The position numbers and the translations under genes are program-made. The notes beneath the pieces are model-generated. The model was not told the DNA's origin. It saw nothing but the letters and a program-made list of their open reading frames with translations, and did not search any database. A stretch of 64,000 nt of DNA from Felis catus (taxonomy: Eukaryota), in assembly GCF_018350175.1 (NCBI RefSeq), contig NC_058368.1, positions 9,176,001-9,240,000 of the forward strand. Direction: 5' to 3'. Below, in pieces: positions 1 through 12,800 of this stretch; positions within the stretch are counted from its first letter, which is position 1, and each line of letters begins with the position of its first letter.

Positions 1-261
1 GAGGAAGGTAATAATCACTTAGTTCACGCAGAAGGAAAGAAAACAGAAACCGTGAGAAACACAAAAATTTAAGGGGAGGGCTGGCAGAAGAAACAGCGAG
101 CGAAACTGAAAAATAAGAAATCAAATGAGGCAGTATTCGCACAGCCTGGAACGTGATTCCTCAAGATGTCTGGATGGCTTGTTCCCCATCTCCTCGAGAT
201 CCATATAAAAATGTCAGTATCTTGGTCAGCTCTTCCCTGAACACAATATTTAAAACCGACC

Positions 262-520
262 AGCACAAGCATGCTCTCAGCACTCTCAACCTCTTTCCTG
301 CTTTATTTTTCTCTGTAGTACTTACGAACATCTACTATACATTTTAGTTATTTGTATAATGTCTGTCTTCCCACTACTTAAATGTAAGCTCCACTGGCGG
401 GGCGGGGGGGGGGGGGGGGGGGGCGACTTTGTTTCATTTACCACCGTATACCAGAGACTAAAAAATGCCTGGCATACAGCATATCCTCAACAAATAGTTG
501 TTGATTAACTGAATGAATAA
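262..520 (+). mobile_element. L2 LINE 3' end containing a G20 tract (404-423)
   Basis: Ends ...cctggcatacagcatatcctcaacaaatagttgttgattaactgaatgaa, a typical L2 tail. Confidence 0.6.
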
Positions 521-1219
521 TGCAAAGAAATAAAAAGGGCAGGGTTGTTATATTAGACTAATAAGTATACACATAAAATGATGTCTACCATGGAAATTTT
601 ATAATTATCTTGAGTGCAAAAATCAAAAATCTGTATAACTGATGTCCTTTAGGTATAAAAGATTCAAAATGTTTTATAAAAATAGGTTTTTAATATATAT
701 AGACATTCAAATATATGTAGTTAATTGTAACGTAACCTTTTTATTTAGCCACAAAAGGATGAGATTTTATAGCTTGAAAGTCACAATACTTGACAGCCAT
801 ACTGAAAATTCACCACTTCAAGTATTTAAGTCCTATTAATACTTTCTCAACTTCCATTACAAATTTCTAATTTCTTTTCTGACATTTTGGCTGTTATTAG
901 GCAAAAAGCTTAAGTTGCAATACCAGAATATTTGTATGATCACAGCAGTTAGTTTTAAACACACGGTGAAGAGGAAATGACGTAAGCGAGGTAAAGAATG
1001 GTCAAAAAGTTGGAAAAGTAAAAAACAATCCAAGAACACAAAAAAGCCCACCTAGCCAGTGGCTTCAGGAAAATGACCAGACATCTTAAATCTCACTTTC
1101 CTTAGCAATAAAATACAGCTAACACTAGAACCTACCTACCTGACAGGCTTATTCTGAGAGTTTTTTTGGAGGATTAAATCTTTCGAGTAATAAGCTTGGT
1201 ACAGTTCCTATCACAGCCC

Positions 1220-2040
1220 TTTATTCCTTTCATCCACAACTAGTTATGAAGAACTTACTATACAAAGGGCACCATACTAGGTGCTAGCTATATATATCTA
1301 TTCTCATAGACTCTTTCTGTGGTCTACTGGGAAAGACAGACAAATGAATTACAAGGTGTGACAAGTTCTATGGAGGAAACTAATGAGTCCAGAGGCATAT
1401 ACCAAGAAGGCAAGGAAATTCAACTTTAGATAATGGTCAGGCAGTATCTTCTGAGGACAGAAAAAATAAGGCATTAGCCATATACAGAGGGCATAGAAGT
1501 ATACTGCTAAGTGTTTTTGGCATAGGTACTGAAATGTGCGAAGACTCAAACTAGCTGTGGAAAAGAGCTTGTGACTTGTTTGAGGAACTGAGAAGAACCC
1601 AGTGTAACTGAAGCCTCACAAGTCAAATGACAGAAAATCAGAGGGATAGGCAGGAGCCAGATGATGACTCTGAAGGGCCTTGGCACTGTTATATTATTCT
1701 ATGTGAATTTCTTCGTTAATGGAAAGCTGCTTAAGTTTTCTGTTTTTCAGAGGCAAAGGGAATGCAATTTATGTCTTATAAACATCACTCAAACCATTTT
1801 TGGAAAATGTAGTATAGGGTGATGCGAATGGAAGGAGAAGAATTAGCTCCAAGACTAATGCAGGAGAGTCCAGGGGAGAAAGACGGTGCTTGCACTGGAG
1901 TGGTAGTATGGAGATAAAGAGCAGTTGACAGATTCCAGAAATATTTGGCAATGGACTGGATGGGGGGTGGGGGGGAGCGAGGAATCAAAGATGACTCCTA
2001 ACTTAAGCAACTGCTGGGCTGATGGTGGCATGGGAAGTGA
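1220..2040 (-). mobile_element. L2 LINE fragment
   Basis: Degenerate antisense L2-like motifs (ttattcctt..., ggcaggagccag, gaatcaaagatgactcc). Confidence 0.5.
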
Positions 2041-2640
2041 CATAGTTAAGTATTTAATTAATTGTAGCTATTCTCAATTACTATTAGAATAAAAGAGAGA
2101 GAGAACTGGTGAGTGTATGGCCAAAATGGGAGTGTGGGGGTGGGGAGAGGAGTTTGGTCAAGGTATGAGGGAATAGCAATATCAAACAAAATTTCCCACT
2201 GAAAACAACGATAAAAGTGAGATAAAATTAAAAAAACAAAGAAACTCAGCTATTTGAAGGCATAGAGGGAGCAACCAAGACATCCAGGACATTGGGAGCC
2301 AAAAGCCCACAGAGAAGAGAAACACCTCGCTATCGCCACTCTTTCCCCTTTGGGTATTTGCCAACTACCAATACACAGCATAAAAGCCAAACACAAAGCA
2401 CGTCCTGGTGTTTGCATCAGTCTCACTGGACTGAGAAGACAAAACTGGAATTCTGTACTACCGAGGTAAGCAGGAATTGAGGATCTCAGATAAAAAGGAA
2501 TCTCAAAGAATGAGCCCAACATTTGGTTCCATTTTTGCCCTCCAGAAATGTGCTGAATCATAAACATGGACTGAAATGCAGGAAAAACCAGCAAAAAGAT
2601 GTTGCAAAGAGACTAAAAGGCTAAGTAGGGCTTTCATCAG

Positions 2641-2964
2641 CAGGTGACCCTTGAACAACACGGGGATTTAGGAGTGCCAATCCCTCTGCAGTCACAAATC
2701 CACATATACCTTTTGACACCCCAAAACTTAACAGCCTACTGTTCACCAGAAGCCTTACCAATAAGGTAAACAGTCAATTATTGCACATATTTATTTTGTA
2801 AGTTATTGGTATTATATATATATTCTTATAATCAAGTATGCTAGAGACAAGAAAATGTTATTACGAAAATCACAAAGAAAATACATTGACAGTATTGTAA
2901 AAAAAAAAGTCGGCATATATGTGGACTTGTGCAGCTCAAACCTGTGTTGTTCAAGGGTTAATTG
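2641..2964. mobile_element. Tigger2-like (TcMar) non-autonomous DNA transposon
   Basis: 24-bp imperfect TIRs caggtgacccttgaacaacacggg / cctgtgttgttcaagggttaattg; TA follows the right TIR. Confidence 0.8.
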
Positions 2965-4626
2965 TACTTACAATTGCCAAGGCTTACCAAAAAGAAACAT
3001 CTTGGTAAATACTCCAAACTTTCAAGTGACAGCACAGAAGGGCTACAAACTAGGAGTGAATTTCCAGACAGCCCAGAATTCAGCCTCATGTCATATCAAT
3101 CACTGATGAATTAAAGTGACCAATGTTTTTCTAACTGCCTGCCAGAGAATATTAAAACCTACCTGTAAAAAGATAACATCATTCAAACCCTCTATAATTT
3201 TTCAACATAATGTTAATAAAACATTACCAAGTATCCTAGGAAAAAGGATCAAATGATCAAAAACCAGACAACAGAAACAGGTTCACAGGTAATCTAGGTA
3301 TTAGAGTCATCAGACAGGAATAGTACACCAATGATGAATGTGCTCAAGAAAATTGATGTACACACTGTGAGAACTTGTAAATTTTAGGCCTGAACATACA
3401 GAAACTGAAACTGAGAGTTTAATAATTGGGTATAAGTGAACAGTGCACAGAGAAGATACGGTAAGTGAACTTGAAATCAGTAAAAAAAAATATCCAAAAT
3501 CATAGAGTAGGGTAGGGGTGAGTGGTCAGAAACTATGAAATGACCTAACATACATGTAACCGTAGTCACAGAAGGAAAGAACTGAACAGAAACAATATTT
3601 AAAGAATACCAGCTAAGAAAATCCCCAAAGTGACAAAAGATAACAAGCCACAGAGTCGAGATGCTCCACAAGCTCTACACAGAATAATTACAATAAAAGT
3701 CATATATAAGCACACAATAGTAAAATTGCTGGAAACCAAAGACAAAGATAAAATCTTAAACACTGTCAAAGAAAAACATACTGACTTCAAAGAAGCAACA
3801 GTAAAACCAAAAGCTGACTTAACAGAAACAGTGGGAGCCAGAAATTATAAAATAAGTTGAAAGTGCAAGAAAGGAAAGACCCTTTAAAAATGAAGGCAAA
3901 ACAAATGCACTTTTAAGGCATATGAAGGCAGAGAATTTATTACCAGAAGATCTGCGCTGAAAGTAATACTACAGGGAACTCCTTATAACAAAGGAAAATG
4001 ACCCAGAGGTCAATGCAGTAAAACCGTAAGAAATGAAGGCTTCCAAAAAGGGTAAATGTGATGATAAAGTGATGAGTAATGGCTATTTTAATAAAAACAG
4101 CAACACTATTATTACTAATTACTACTACCATTACTATTATCTCAACAGCAACAATAATGTCATCTTTGGGGGTTTACAATAAAGCAAAGCATGGAATACA
4201 GAAATGGGATTCAAATATTGTAAGGCCTTTCCATTTTCCTGGAAGCAGTAAGGAAATAACTTATGATAGACTCAAGTCAAAGATGTATATTGTAATCTTA
4301 AGGTTGCCAGTAAGGAGATAATAAAAGAATTTATAAAAAAAAAAAAAAAAGCTAAGAGGGGAAACATGGGGGGGAAAATGTTTAATCAAAAAGAAAGCAA
4401 GAAATGAGGAAAGATGTTATAAAAGATAGTACAAGTCGAAAACAAATAAAAATGGTCAATTTAAACCCCCAAATTGTGCTAAAGCAGTTACATTAAATGT
4501 GAAACAACACAGATTATCAAGTTTAAGAAAAAAAAAACAAACAACTATATGGTATGTGAAGAGATTCATCTTATCTCTAAGGACAAAGAAGCGTTTTTGT
4601 TTTTTTTTTTTTTTGAAAAGTCCTCT

Positions 4627-4866
4627 TTTTTTTAAACAATTTTTTTTAATGTTTATTTTTGACAGAGAGAGAGAGAGAGAGAGCGAGAGAGAGCGAGCAT
4701 GAGTGGGGGAGGGGCAGAGAGAGAGAGAGGCAGACACAGAATCCGAAGCAGGCTCCAGGCTCTGAGCTGTCATCACAGAGCCCGACGCGGGGCTCGAACT
4801 CACAAACCGTGAGATCATGACCTGGGCCAAAGTCGGACGCTCAACAGACTGAGCCATACAGGCGCC
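4627..4866 (-). mobile_element. Can-SINE (SINEC_Fc-type)
   Basis: tRNA-derived head, (CT)n, A tail in reverse. Confidence 0.92.
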
Positions 4867-4906
4867 AAACAGAAACCAAACAGAAACCAAAAGTATACTA
4901 CATCCA

Positions 4907-4952
4907 ATACATACATACATACATACATACATACATACATACATACATACAT
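4907..4952. repeat. (TACA)n microsatellite
   Basis: Direct. Confidence 0.95.
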
Positions 4953-5015
4953 AAGCAAGCAAGCTTTAAGGCAAAGATTATTACTAGAGATAATGACAAT
5001 AAACGGATCAATCCA

Positions 5016-5081
5016 GGGGTGCCTAGGTGGCTCAGTTAAGCGTCCAACTCTGGATTTCCACTCAGATCATGATCTCACAGC
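5016..5081 (+). mobile_element. Can-SINE 5' fragment
   Basis: ggggtgcctaggtggctcagttaagcgtcc... truncated before the B box. Confidence 0.75.
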
Positions 5082-5242
5082 TGGTGAAATAACCCACGGA
5101 TCAAATAAGAAACCACAATGGATATTTTAAAATATTTGGATTGAGTGATAAATAAAAACCTATCAGACTTGTGAGACCCAGCTAAAGTTGCTTTTATAGA
5201 GAAATTCCATGACTTAAATACATACATTAAAAAAAGAAGACT

Positions 5243-5487
5243 GGGGCACCTGGGTGGCTCAGTTGGTTAAGCGTCCGACTTCGGCTCAGGTCACAATCTA
5301 GTGGTCCGTGAGTTCAAGCCCCGCGTCGGGCTCTGGGCTGCTGGCTCGGAGCCTGGAGCCGGCTTCCGATTCTGTGTCTCCCTCTCTCTCTGCCCCTCCC
5401 CCGTTCATGCTCTGTCTCTCTCTGTCCCAAAAATAAATAAACGTTAAAAAAAAAAAATTAAAAAAAATAAATAAATAAAAATAAAAA
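5243..5487 (+). mobile_element. Can-SINE
   Basis: Full head, CT-rich body, A tail. Confidence 0.93.
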
Positions 5488-6195
5488 GCTAGAAGGAAAG
5501 AAATAAAGGTAAAAGCAGGAACCAATTAGAAAATAATGTTTTAAATCTGAAAATTGGCTCTTTAAAAACTGATGGAGATCAAGAGGAAGCACAAATCACC
5601 AGTAAGCAGATTTAAAACGCAGGTATCATTACAGATATTATGAACATCAAATAAATAGACAGATAGATAGATAAAAAAGATAGCGTGTAAAATTGTAAGC
5701 CAAATCAGAAAATTTTGATAAAATGGACAAATCCCTTGAAAAGCAAAACTTGTCAAAATTGACAAAGTAACAGAAAATGTGAATAGTCCTTCATGTATGT
5801 ATGTAAGAGTCAACAATCCCCATAAGAAAACTCCAGATGGCTTCACCAGTGAATTCTTCCAAACATTTATAGATGAAATAAAATCAATCCTCACAAACTC
5901 TACCGAAGAATAAAAAAACATTTCCCAGCTCATTTTATGAAGTCATCATAAGCTTGACAACTAAACCTTTACTAGTCAACCTCTTTCATGAACAAAAATG
6001 CAAACATTGTAAATGAAATATAATCTAGCATACGAACAGGGTAACGCATAAACAAAAGTTAAAGTTATTGAGTATTCCAAGGATGCTTTAAACTTATAAA
6101 TATGTATCCCTCTTCCCCCCACCCCCCCAAATTTTAACACATATCTAACACACAGCAACTACATTCCTAAGAGTTTTATCCTAAGAAAATAACCA

Positions 6196-6390
6196 GGGGC
6201 GCGTAGGTGGCTCAGTCCATTAAGGGTCGACTTCAGCTCAGGTCATGATCTCACAGCTCGTGGGTTCGAGCCCTAACAGCTCGGAGTCTGGAGCCTGCTT
6301 CAGATTCTGTGTCTCCCTCTCTCTCTGCCCCTCCCCCACTTGTGCTCGTGTTCTCTCTTTCTCAAAAACAAACATTTTTAAAAACTAAAT
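6196..6390 (+). mobile_element. Can-SINE
   Basis: Head/body/tail; TSD aaaataacca / aaaataatca. Confidence 0.9.
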
Positions 6391-7419
6391 AAAATAATCA
6401 GACGAGGTACAGAGATATGTTTTAAAATATGCATTAGATCATTGTTTATAATAGCTTTTAAATGCCCATAGGTATGAAATTAGCTAAACAATTTATGTAC
6501 ATCAGAATCAGTTCAAAATTATAATACGGTTCTACACTTATTTGTATGGATAGCTCTTTATGACATATGACTAAGTGAAAAAAGCAGCATACAAAAGCAG
6601 GAATATTTCTAAGGCAAAAACACTAATTTTATATGAAAGTAAGGAAAATTGAACATGTATCATGAGAACATTTTTTCTAAACATAATGAATTACCATCTT
6701 AATTTAAGTTCATAAACAAAAGATTTAACGCCTCAGACAATTTTCATCAGCACGAAGAACATTTTCTTCTCAGAATCTAGTCATAGAAAATTGCCCACAT
6801 ATATATTTTATATAGACCACAAAAATGCTACTGGATTTGAACCAATCAATAGAAAACCTGCAATACAAAAGTATCTACAGTACAAAGACAAAACCAAAAT
6901 ACTCTGAAAGCACTGAATCCATTAAAAATCTGCGTGAGATACATAAAGCAATAATAGTTTCTACATTCAAAGTGGTGAGTTTATAGGAAAAAATTCTACT
7001 GTATAATATATATATTCTCAAAGCTCCAACGTGTTGGAGACTCAAAGCTCCAACAAGTTTAAAGAAAACTCCCTTTAATTCTAGCAATTAATAAAAGAAT
7101 CCACGCTCATTACAATCATTCCAACCCAGAGGTTATACGGTATTTTGCCAAGATCTATAAAACAGGTGTCAACTCTACCTTACCACGCTATCTCAGCCCA
7201 ACCAGCAGTGAACGCCAGCAGTGAGGTGTTGGTAAGGAATCTAAGGTATTCTGCTTTGGAGAATGTGCTTGAGGGATTTAGCAGGTACAGGAGGGGGAAA
7301 GGGCTTAGCTCCCTTATCACTGTTACCATCAGACCCAAATTCCGATCCCGGCTCTACTTTTTACCGGCTCTATGACCTCCTTACCCTCTCTAAACCTCGA
7401 CTGTGAGAAAGTAAAAAGC

Positions 7420-7840
7420 AGCTCCGCTGATAATCACCCTGTGATGTCTGGACAAGACACAGCAAGGCCAAGAGAAGACCAACAGGCAACAAAACTTCTC
7501 CCACGGCCACACCAGAGTTCCAAAATGACTAACATCTGCCCCAGCCCCTTTATTTCTCCTGCCTCCTAAACAAAGACAGCTGAGAGATCACTGAGCGATT
7601 ACTAACCCACCTGCACTTCGTGGCTGAGGGTATACAATCCAGAGCTAGTCTGTACTTCCCCCGGCTCCTCATTAGAATCATGCAGCAAGACCCAAACCCT
7701 ACCCCAAACCTCTCCCATTTCCTGTCACTGAGGCTTGGCACGGTTCCTCGGGCAGGCGCCCTTCCTTGCTGCAGCACGTCATTAACCTAATTTGTTTCAC
7801 TCCAGATGCATTCCTGGTGGTCTTACCCTGGTAGGCAGTA
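7420..7840 (+). mobile_element. Old LTR-like element apparently splitting a MIR (7270-7420, 7860-7960)
   Basis: LTR U5-like 3' segment (cccttccttgctgcagc...ttcctggtggtctt) between two MIR-like halves; family not identified. Confidence 0.35.
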
Positions 7841-8685
7841 GCAGCTTCTTTACCTATAAACCAACTCTATTTACCCAGGGTCACTTAAAGGAAATGTTAT
7901 CATGTAACACGATACATAAAATGCCAAGCAGCTGCCTGGTGTAGCAAGCACACAGCAAAGACTACCTACTCCTTGCTCTCGGCTCAAAATAAAGCTGTAC
8001 GTGTAATTTTATTGTTTTAATCATGTACCTTTCACTATCAAGAATCTACATCTCTGCAAAACACAGTTAAGATCAGAAAATGAGCCCCTCAAGTGAACAG
8101 AACTCTGAGCAACCAGAATAGACATGATCAAGTCCACGAAATAAAGATCACGCACTTTGCTATAGGGCAACTCCTGAAAATCCTACTTGGACACCATTTG
8201 ATATTTTTAACATACTTTAATAAACTTTGAAAATCTGTCTTCCACATCCATAGCAAATAAGAATCAGCAACTGTAAATGGTCAGAGAGACAGAGAGGTAA
8301 GCATACTGACCAAAGAAAAATAGAACTGCTCAACAAGGCAGGGGACAAAAAAACTATAAATATCAAACACAGTAACTCAAAAAGCTCAGAAATCTGCAGT
8401 CATCTTACGCAATGGTTCTAAATTCTTTTGACTGAACATCCCAGCTCTAAAATACTTGCGCATATACCTCCAATATATGTATCTTCATTTACAAATCATA
8501 TTTTATGTGCATTATAAAACAAATACCAAAACAAATTTAAAGATTAAAATATTGTTTTCAATTTTAACTATTGACCATGTTAAATATTAATTTGTTTTAA
8601 TCTTGCAATCACTAAACATGCTATTACTATTAACATTTTAAATGACAGCACTGTTAACATGCCTTTTTAAAAGTCTTGCTTTCCT

Positions 8686-8860
8686 GGGGCCTGGGTGGCT
8701 CAGTCAGTTAAGCGTCCGACTTTGGCTCAGATCCCCGCATCGGGCTCAGTGCTGACAGTCTGGAGCCTACGTTGCATTCTGTGTCTCCCTCTCTCTCTGC
8801 CCCTCCCCCACTCACACTCGGTCTCTGTCTCAAAAATAAATAAGCATTAAAAAAATTTTT
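8686..8860 (+). mobile_element. Can-SINE with internal deletion
   Basis: Head/body/tail; TSD tcttgctttc on both sides. Confidence 0.9.
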
Positions 8861-8930
8861 TTTTGAAATCTTGCTTTCTCAATTTGTAAAGTTCAATGTA
8901 TTTTGACGATTTAAGAACTGTTATAAGTCA

Positions 8931-9145
8931 GGGGCGCCTTGGTTAAGAGTCTGGCTCTTGATTTTGGCTCAGATCATGATCTCGGCTCAGATCATGATCT
9001 CAGGGTTCATGGGATCAGGCACTGCATTGGGCTCTGCACTGACAGCATGGAGCTTGCTTGGGATTCTGCCTCCCTCTCTCTCTGCCCGTTCCCCACTTGC
9101 TCTCCATATCTCCATGAAAATAAATAAAAACAAACTTTAAAAAAA
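8931..9145 (+). mobile_element. Can-SINE with 18-bp internal duplication
   Basis: ggctcagatcatgatctc x2 at 8966-9001. Confidence 0.88.
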
Positions 9146-9269
9146 GCACTGCTATAAATCCTAACTGAAAAACTTGGTTCACAAAGATGCATAGATATTT
9201 ATGGAAAAATATGTCACTTACTGGTTTACTAAACTGTATCACTTTTCTATCACCAAATATGCACAAGTT

Positions 9270-9492
9270 GGTTGTTGTTGTTTTAATTTTACAGAGAAAG
9301 AGAGCATGTGCGCAGCAAGTGGGGTGTTGGTGGGGGGGGGGGAGGCGCAGGATGACAGAGGGAGAGAGAAAATCCCAAGCAGGCCCCACACGCAGAGCCC
9401 CACACAGGGCTTGATCCCAGGACCCTGGGGTCATGACCTGAACCGAAATCAAGAGCTGAACACTCAACTGACTGAGCCACCCAGGCACCCCC
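9270..9492 (-). mobile_element. Can-SINE (older subtype)
   Basis: Reverse head; TSD gcacaagtt. Confidence 0.88.
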
Positions 9493-9521
9493 GCACAAGT
9501 TTTTATTAAAAGTCAGTTACT

Positions 9522-9861
9522 GGGGGCACCTGGGTGGCTTAGTGGGTTAAGCATCCAGCTCCTGGTTTTGGTTCAGGTCATGATGTCACTAAGGGGCACT
9601 AAGGAATCTACTCCTGAAATCATTGTTGCACTACATGCTAACTAATTTGGATGTAAATTTTAAAAAATAAAAAAATTAAAATTAAAACAAACAAAAAAAA
9701 AGGTCACGATGTCACTATTCGTGAGTTTGAGCCTGACATCAGGATCTGTGCTGACAGCATGGAGTCTGCTTGAGATTCTCTCTGTCCCTCTCTCTGCCCC
9801 TCCCCTGCTCACTTTCTCTCTCAAAACAAACTCAAAAAAGTAAAAAAGGAAAAGAAAAATT
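9522..9861 (+). mobile_element. Can-SINE containing an L1 3' end insertion (9592-9700)
   Basis: SINE TSD aaagtcagttac; insert TSD aggtcaYgatgtcacta. Confidence 0.88.
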
Positions 9862-12800
9862 TAAAGTCAGTTACCAGATGTCAATGTTATGAACATTTTC
9901 TTTTTCCTGACGTCAGATATTTTTGCAAGCTGAGTAAAATGTGTTGCTTTTTAGGTTCAAATGGGTCCAAAGTCCACCGAAATTCTCTGTAAGATTTTTC
10001 AACAGACTGGAAATGTCTAAACATGTTTTCAAAATGCTGTCTCCATAACATTAGTTTCTTCTGAAAAGCAGATACTTTCTCACTTAATGATTAAAATGTC
10101 ACTTTTGCCTTGTAGAGACAACTTACTGTTTGTTTTCTCAAAAATATCTGCTAGGTAGCATAATACTGATAGCTTCTTATCACCATGGAAAAAATCAGCA
10201 TCTATAATAAAATGTGTAATTCAGGTTTAAGTTCTACAACTCCTTTTTTTTTTTTTTTTTGGCAACCCTTTTAAATACTTGGACAGTGAGCCTCTGCTCC
10301 CCATCTCAATTCAAAGTCATAGTCTTTTAAAAGGCATTTTTTAAAGTAACTATGTAATATACCACAGAAACACCACAAAACTTCTGAGAGAACTCATGCT
10401 GTTGGCTTCTACATTACACAACTCCCCTAAGTTCCCGCAGCAAACCACACTCATTGTAACCATCTGAATGTGGGCCTAGAAAAGCCTCAGAGACAATCCA
10501 TATATTAATACAAAACCTCAATGCCTCCCCCTTTTTGGAGCATAAAATTAACCAATACAAATTCTAATATTATTATTCTCACATCTCAACTGACTTGCCT
10601 CATGTCACTTTGTAAATTACTGACACAGCGAAGGGGCATAAAGCTTCACGATCTATATTAGGTGTTCAGGGTGTGAAATTGTAGCTTATAGAATAATGAT
10701 ACGTTACACAGAGAAGCACTCAACAGGGAACGCTCACTGAACCCAATCGATATTATTCAAATGATGACTCCAGATCACCAAAAATAAGTTAAATTATGTG
10801 TAGTGTATTATGCTTAAGTAAACAGGACAGTAATCCAACTCGTTAGATTGAACTATTTCCAAAAGAGCCTTCATGTACTCAGAAAATTGACTGATTTAGA
10901 ATGACTTATTCCCCAGTGTTTCCAGTTACCATATATTCTACAATCACTTTCAATTTCTTCTCCCAGAATGAGTGGAATTCTTAAAGAATATATTTAAGAA
11001 GCATGCATTTCGCTCTCCTAAAATACTTTCACTGTTCCTTATTATGAAAACTAGAGCCATTATTAGGCAACCACTAATTTAAAATCATTTCAAGCCTTAA
11101 TATTAAAAATACATTTTTCATATTCAAAGTAGTAAGAGAAGACGACATCCTACACTTCATATTTAACAGCATAATTAGCAGTGGTATGGAACAATATTTA
11201 CTTTTTCTATAAGTAACAACGAAAATAATGCTCCATGAGTCAAGAAAATTCACTCATTTGTTCTTAAATATCTATTCTGTTTTAAAAATCAGAAATAAGA
11301 CATATCTATATAATTGTCATCGTAGAAGAAGACTCTCAAACGCACTGACAGAAGAGGATTCACACTTGAGGGCTAGAAATGAACTAAAAGCCATTTTCAC
11401 AGGAGAGGAACATGAGCCGGAGGAGGATTCAGAGCTAGAAAGGAAAAGGCATTCAAAGCTGAGGTAAATTGTCTTTTGTTTTCTTAACAATAAGTGTCTC
11501 ATCCAGAACACCGAATGCAAGACATATTCAAGGCAAACAATTTTAGAAGAACATTCCACTGGAGATACATTCTTCAAGCTGTTCCTCAGGTCACATACTT
11601 CTATATATAAACGTACTTATTTATCCACCCTTTAGCTTCATAAAACCTCTCCACTTATACTTGAAAGAAGACTTCCAGCAAGAGGAAGAAAACTTAAAAG
11701 GAGCTGTAGGTAAGGAGAACATGTGAGGTACTACATCCTCTTTTTCGAAGTTAAAAATGTTCTGTTCCCTGGGCCTTTTTCTAGCATGACATCGTCCCCC
11801 TGGCAGACTCTACGTCGGTCATTTTACTTCAACTTGGAAAAGTGATAGAAGTTCACTTTGAAAGGAAATTCATTTTGGTAATTTCCTGTCCACCAGAGGG
11901 CTCCCACATTTCTCCACAAATGGAAGAGATACGTTACAATAAAAATAGTCCTTAAGCACTGAAAAAACTCAAATTATCATGATCTTATTTAACCTCAGAC
12001 TAAAAATTGTTCTATCTGTTACAATTTCTACATGAACAGCTTAAAAAGATAGAGCTTTTCTCCAAGAGTTTCATCACCGAAAAATGTTTCAAATACCAAA
12101 ATTGCTTTGCTGTTACCCTCACACGGCCAATTTCTTTCTTAAGTAGGGCTTTCAATTTTATAGATATCATAAAATATAATTTTAGTCCAAAGCTCTAAAT
12201 AGTAGCTCAAATGTTTTATGTAATACTTTCATAAATACAGTAATTTATTTCTTGATAGCTTTCCCAGTCCAGAAAACAAAATCATCACCTTATCTACCCA
12301 GCCTTAGGCCTTACTATTAACAGAAAGAGTAAATATCCTCTTTCAGAAAACCTAAACTCATTATAACATAATCCATCCTACAATTATTAACGACGAATAC
12401 TGCCCCATCATGAATTATGATTTGGGCTGGGAAAACAAACATAAAGGAAATGAATCATTTAAACACAATGCATTACGATGATATTCTGTTCAGGTATTTT
12501 TAGACTTTTTTTCACAAATAAGTTATTACACTAGAATGTTAGTAAATCTCTTAGTTCAAACCCAATCACTCTTAGCAAAAGAAAAACCAGTATTTTATGT
12601 AAATACACTTATTTATAGATCACATTTACAGAATGTTAATTGCTAAAGTACCAACTGTAAATTTTACAAATCCATTCACTAGGGGTGCCACTCCCCCTCC
12701 AAAAAAGATGGATTTGCTAAATTTGGATTATAAAAAAAGAGACTCCTTATGGTAAACACAAAAATTTATTGAATGTTTCGAAAGAAATTTGAAATGTGAG

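Larger units (their letters stand above)
3150..6090 (+). mobile_element. Old L1M LINE remnant (ORF1 and ORF2 pieces), interrupted by SINEs
   Basis: 3630-3860 translates to KHTIVKLLETKDKDKIL, like L1 ORF1 RHIIVKLLKTKDKEKIL. ORF2-like ccagatggcttcaccagtgaattcttccaaacattta at ~5830. Confidence 0.7.
8410..10640 (-). mobile_element. hAT/Charlie DNA transposon fossil interrupted by four SINEs
   Basis: 10199-10101 translates to ADFFHGDKKLSVLCYLADIFEKTNSKLSLQGKS, matching the YLADIF..LN.L...LQG block of Charlie/Buster transposases. Outer limits are approximate. Confidence 0.65.

Noticed and set aside
4456..4962. 168-aa ORF and the many similar MGQRETEHE.../GAWVAQSV... ORFs across the window
   Set aside because: Translations of Can-SINEs and microsatellites.
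11228..11467. Charged 79-aa ORF ending near a GT
   Set aside because: Antisense within the intron, no recognisable homology or acceptor.
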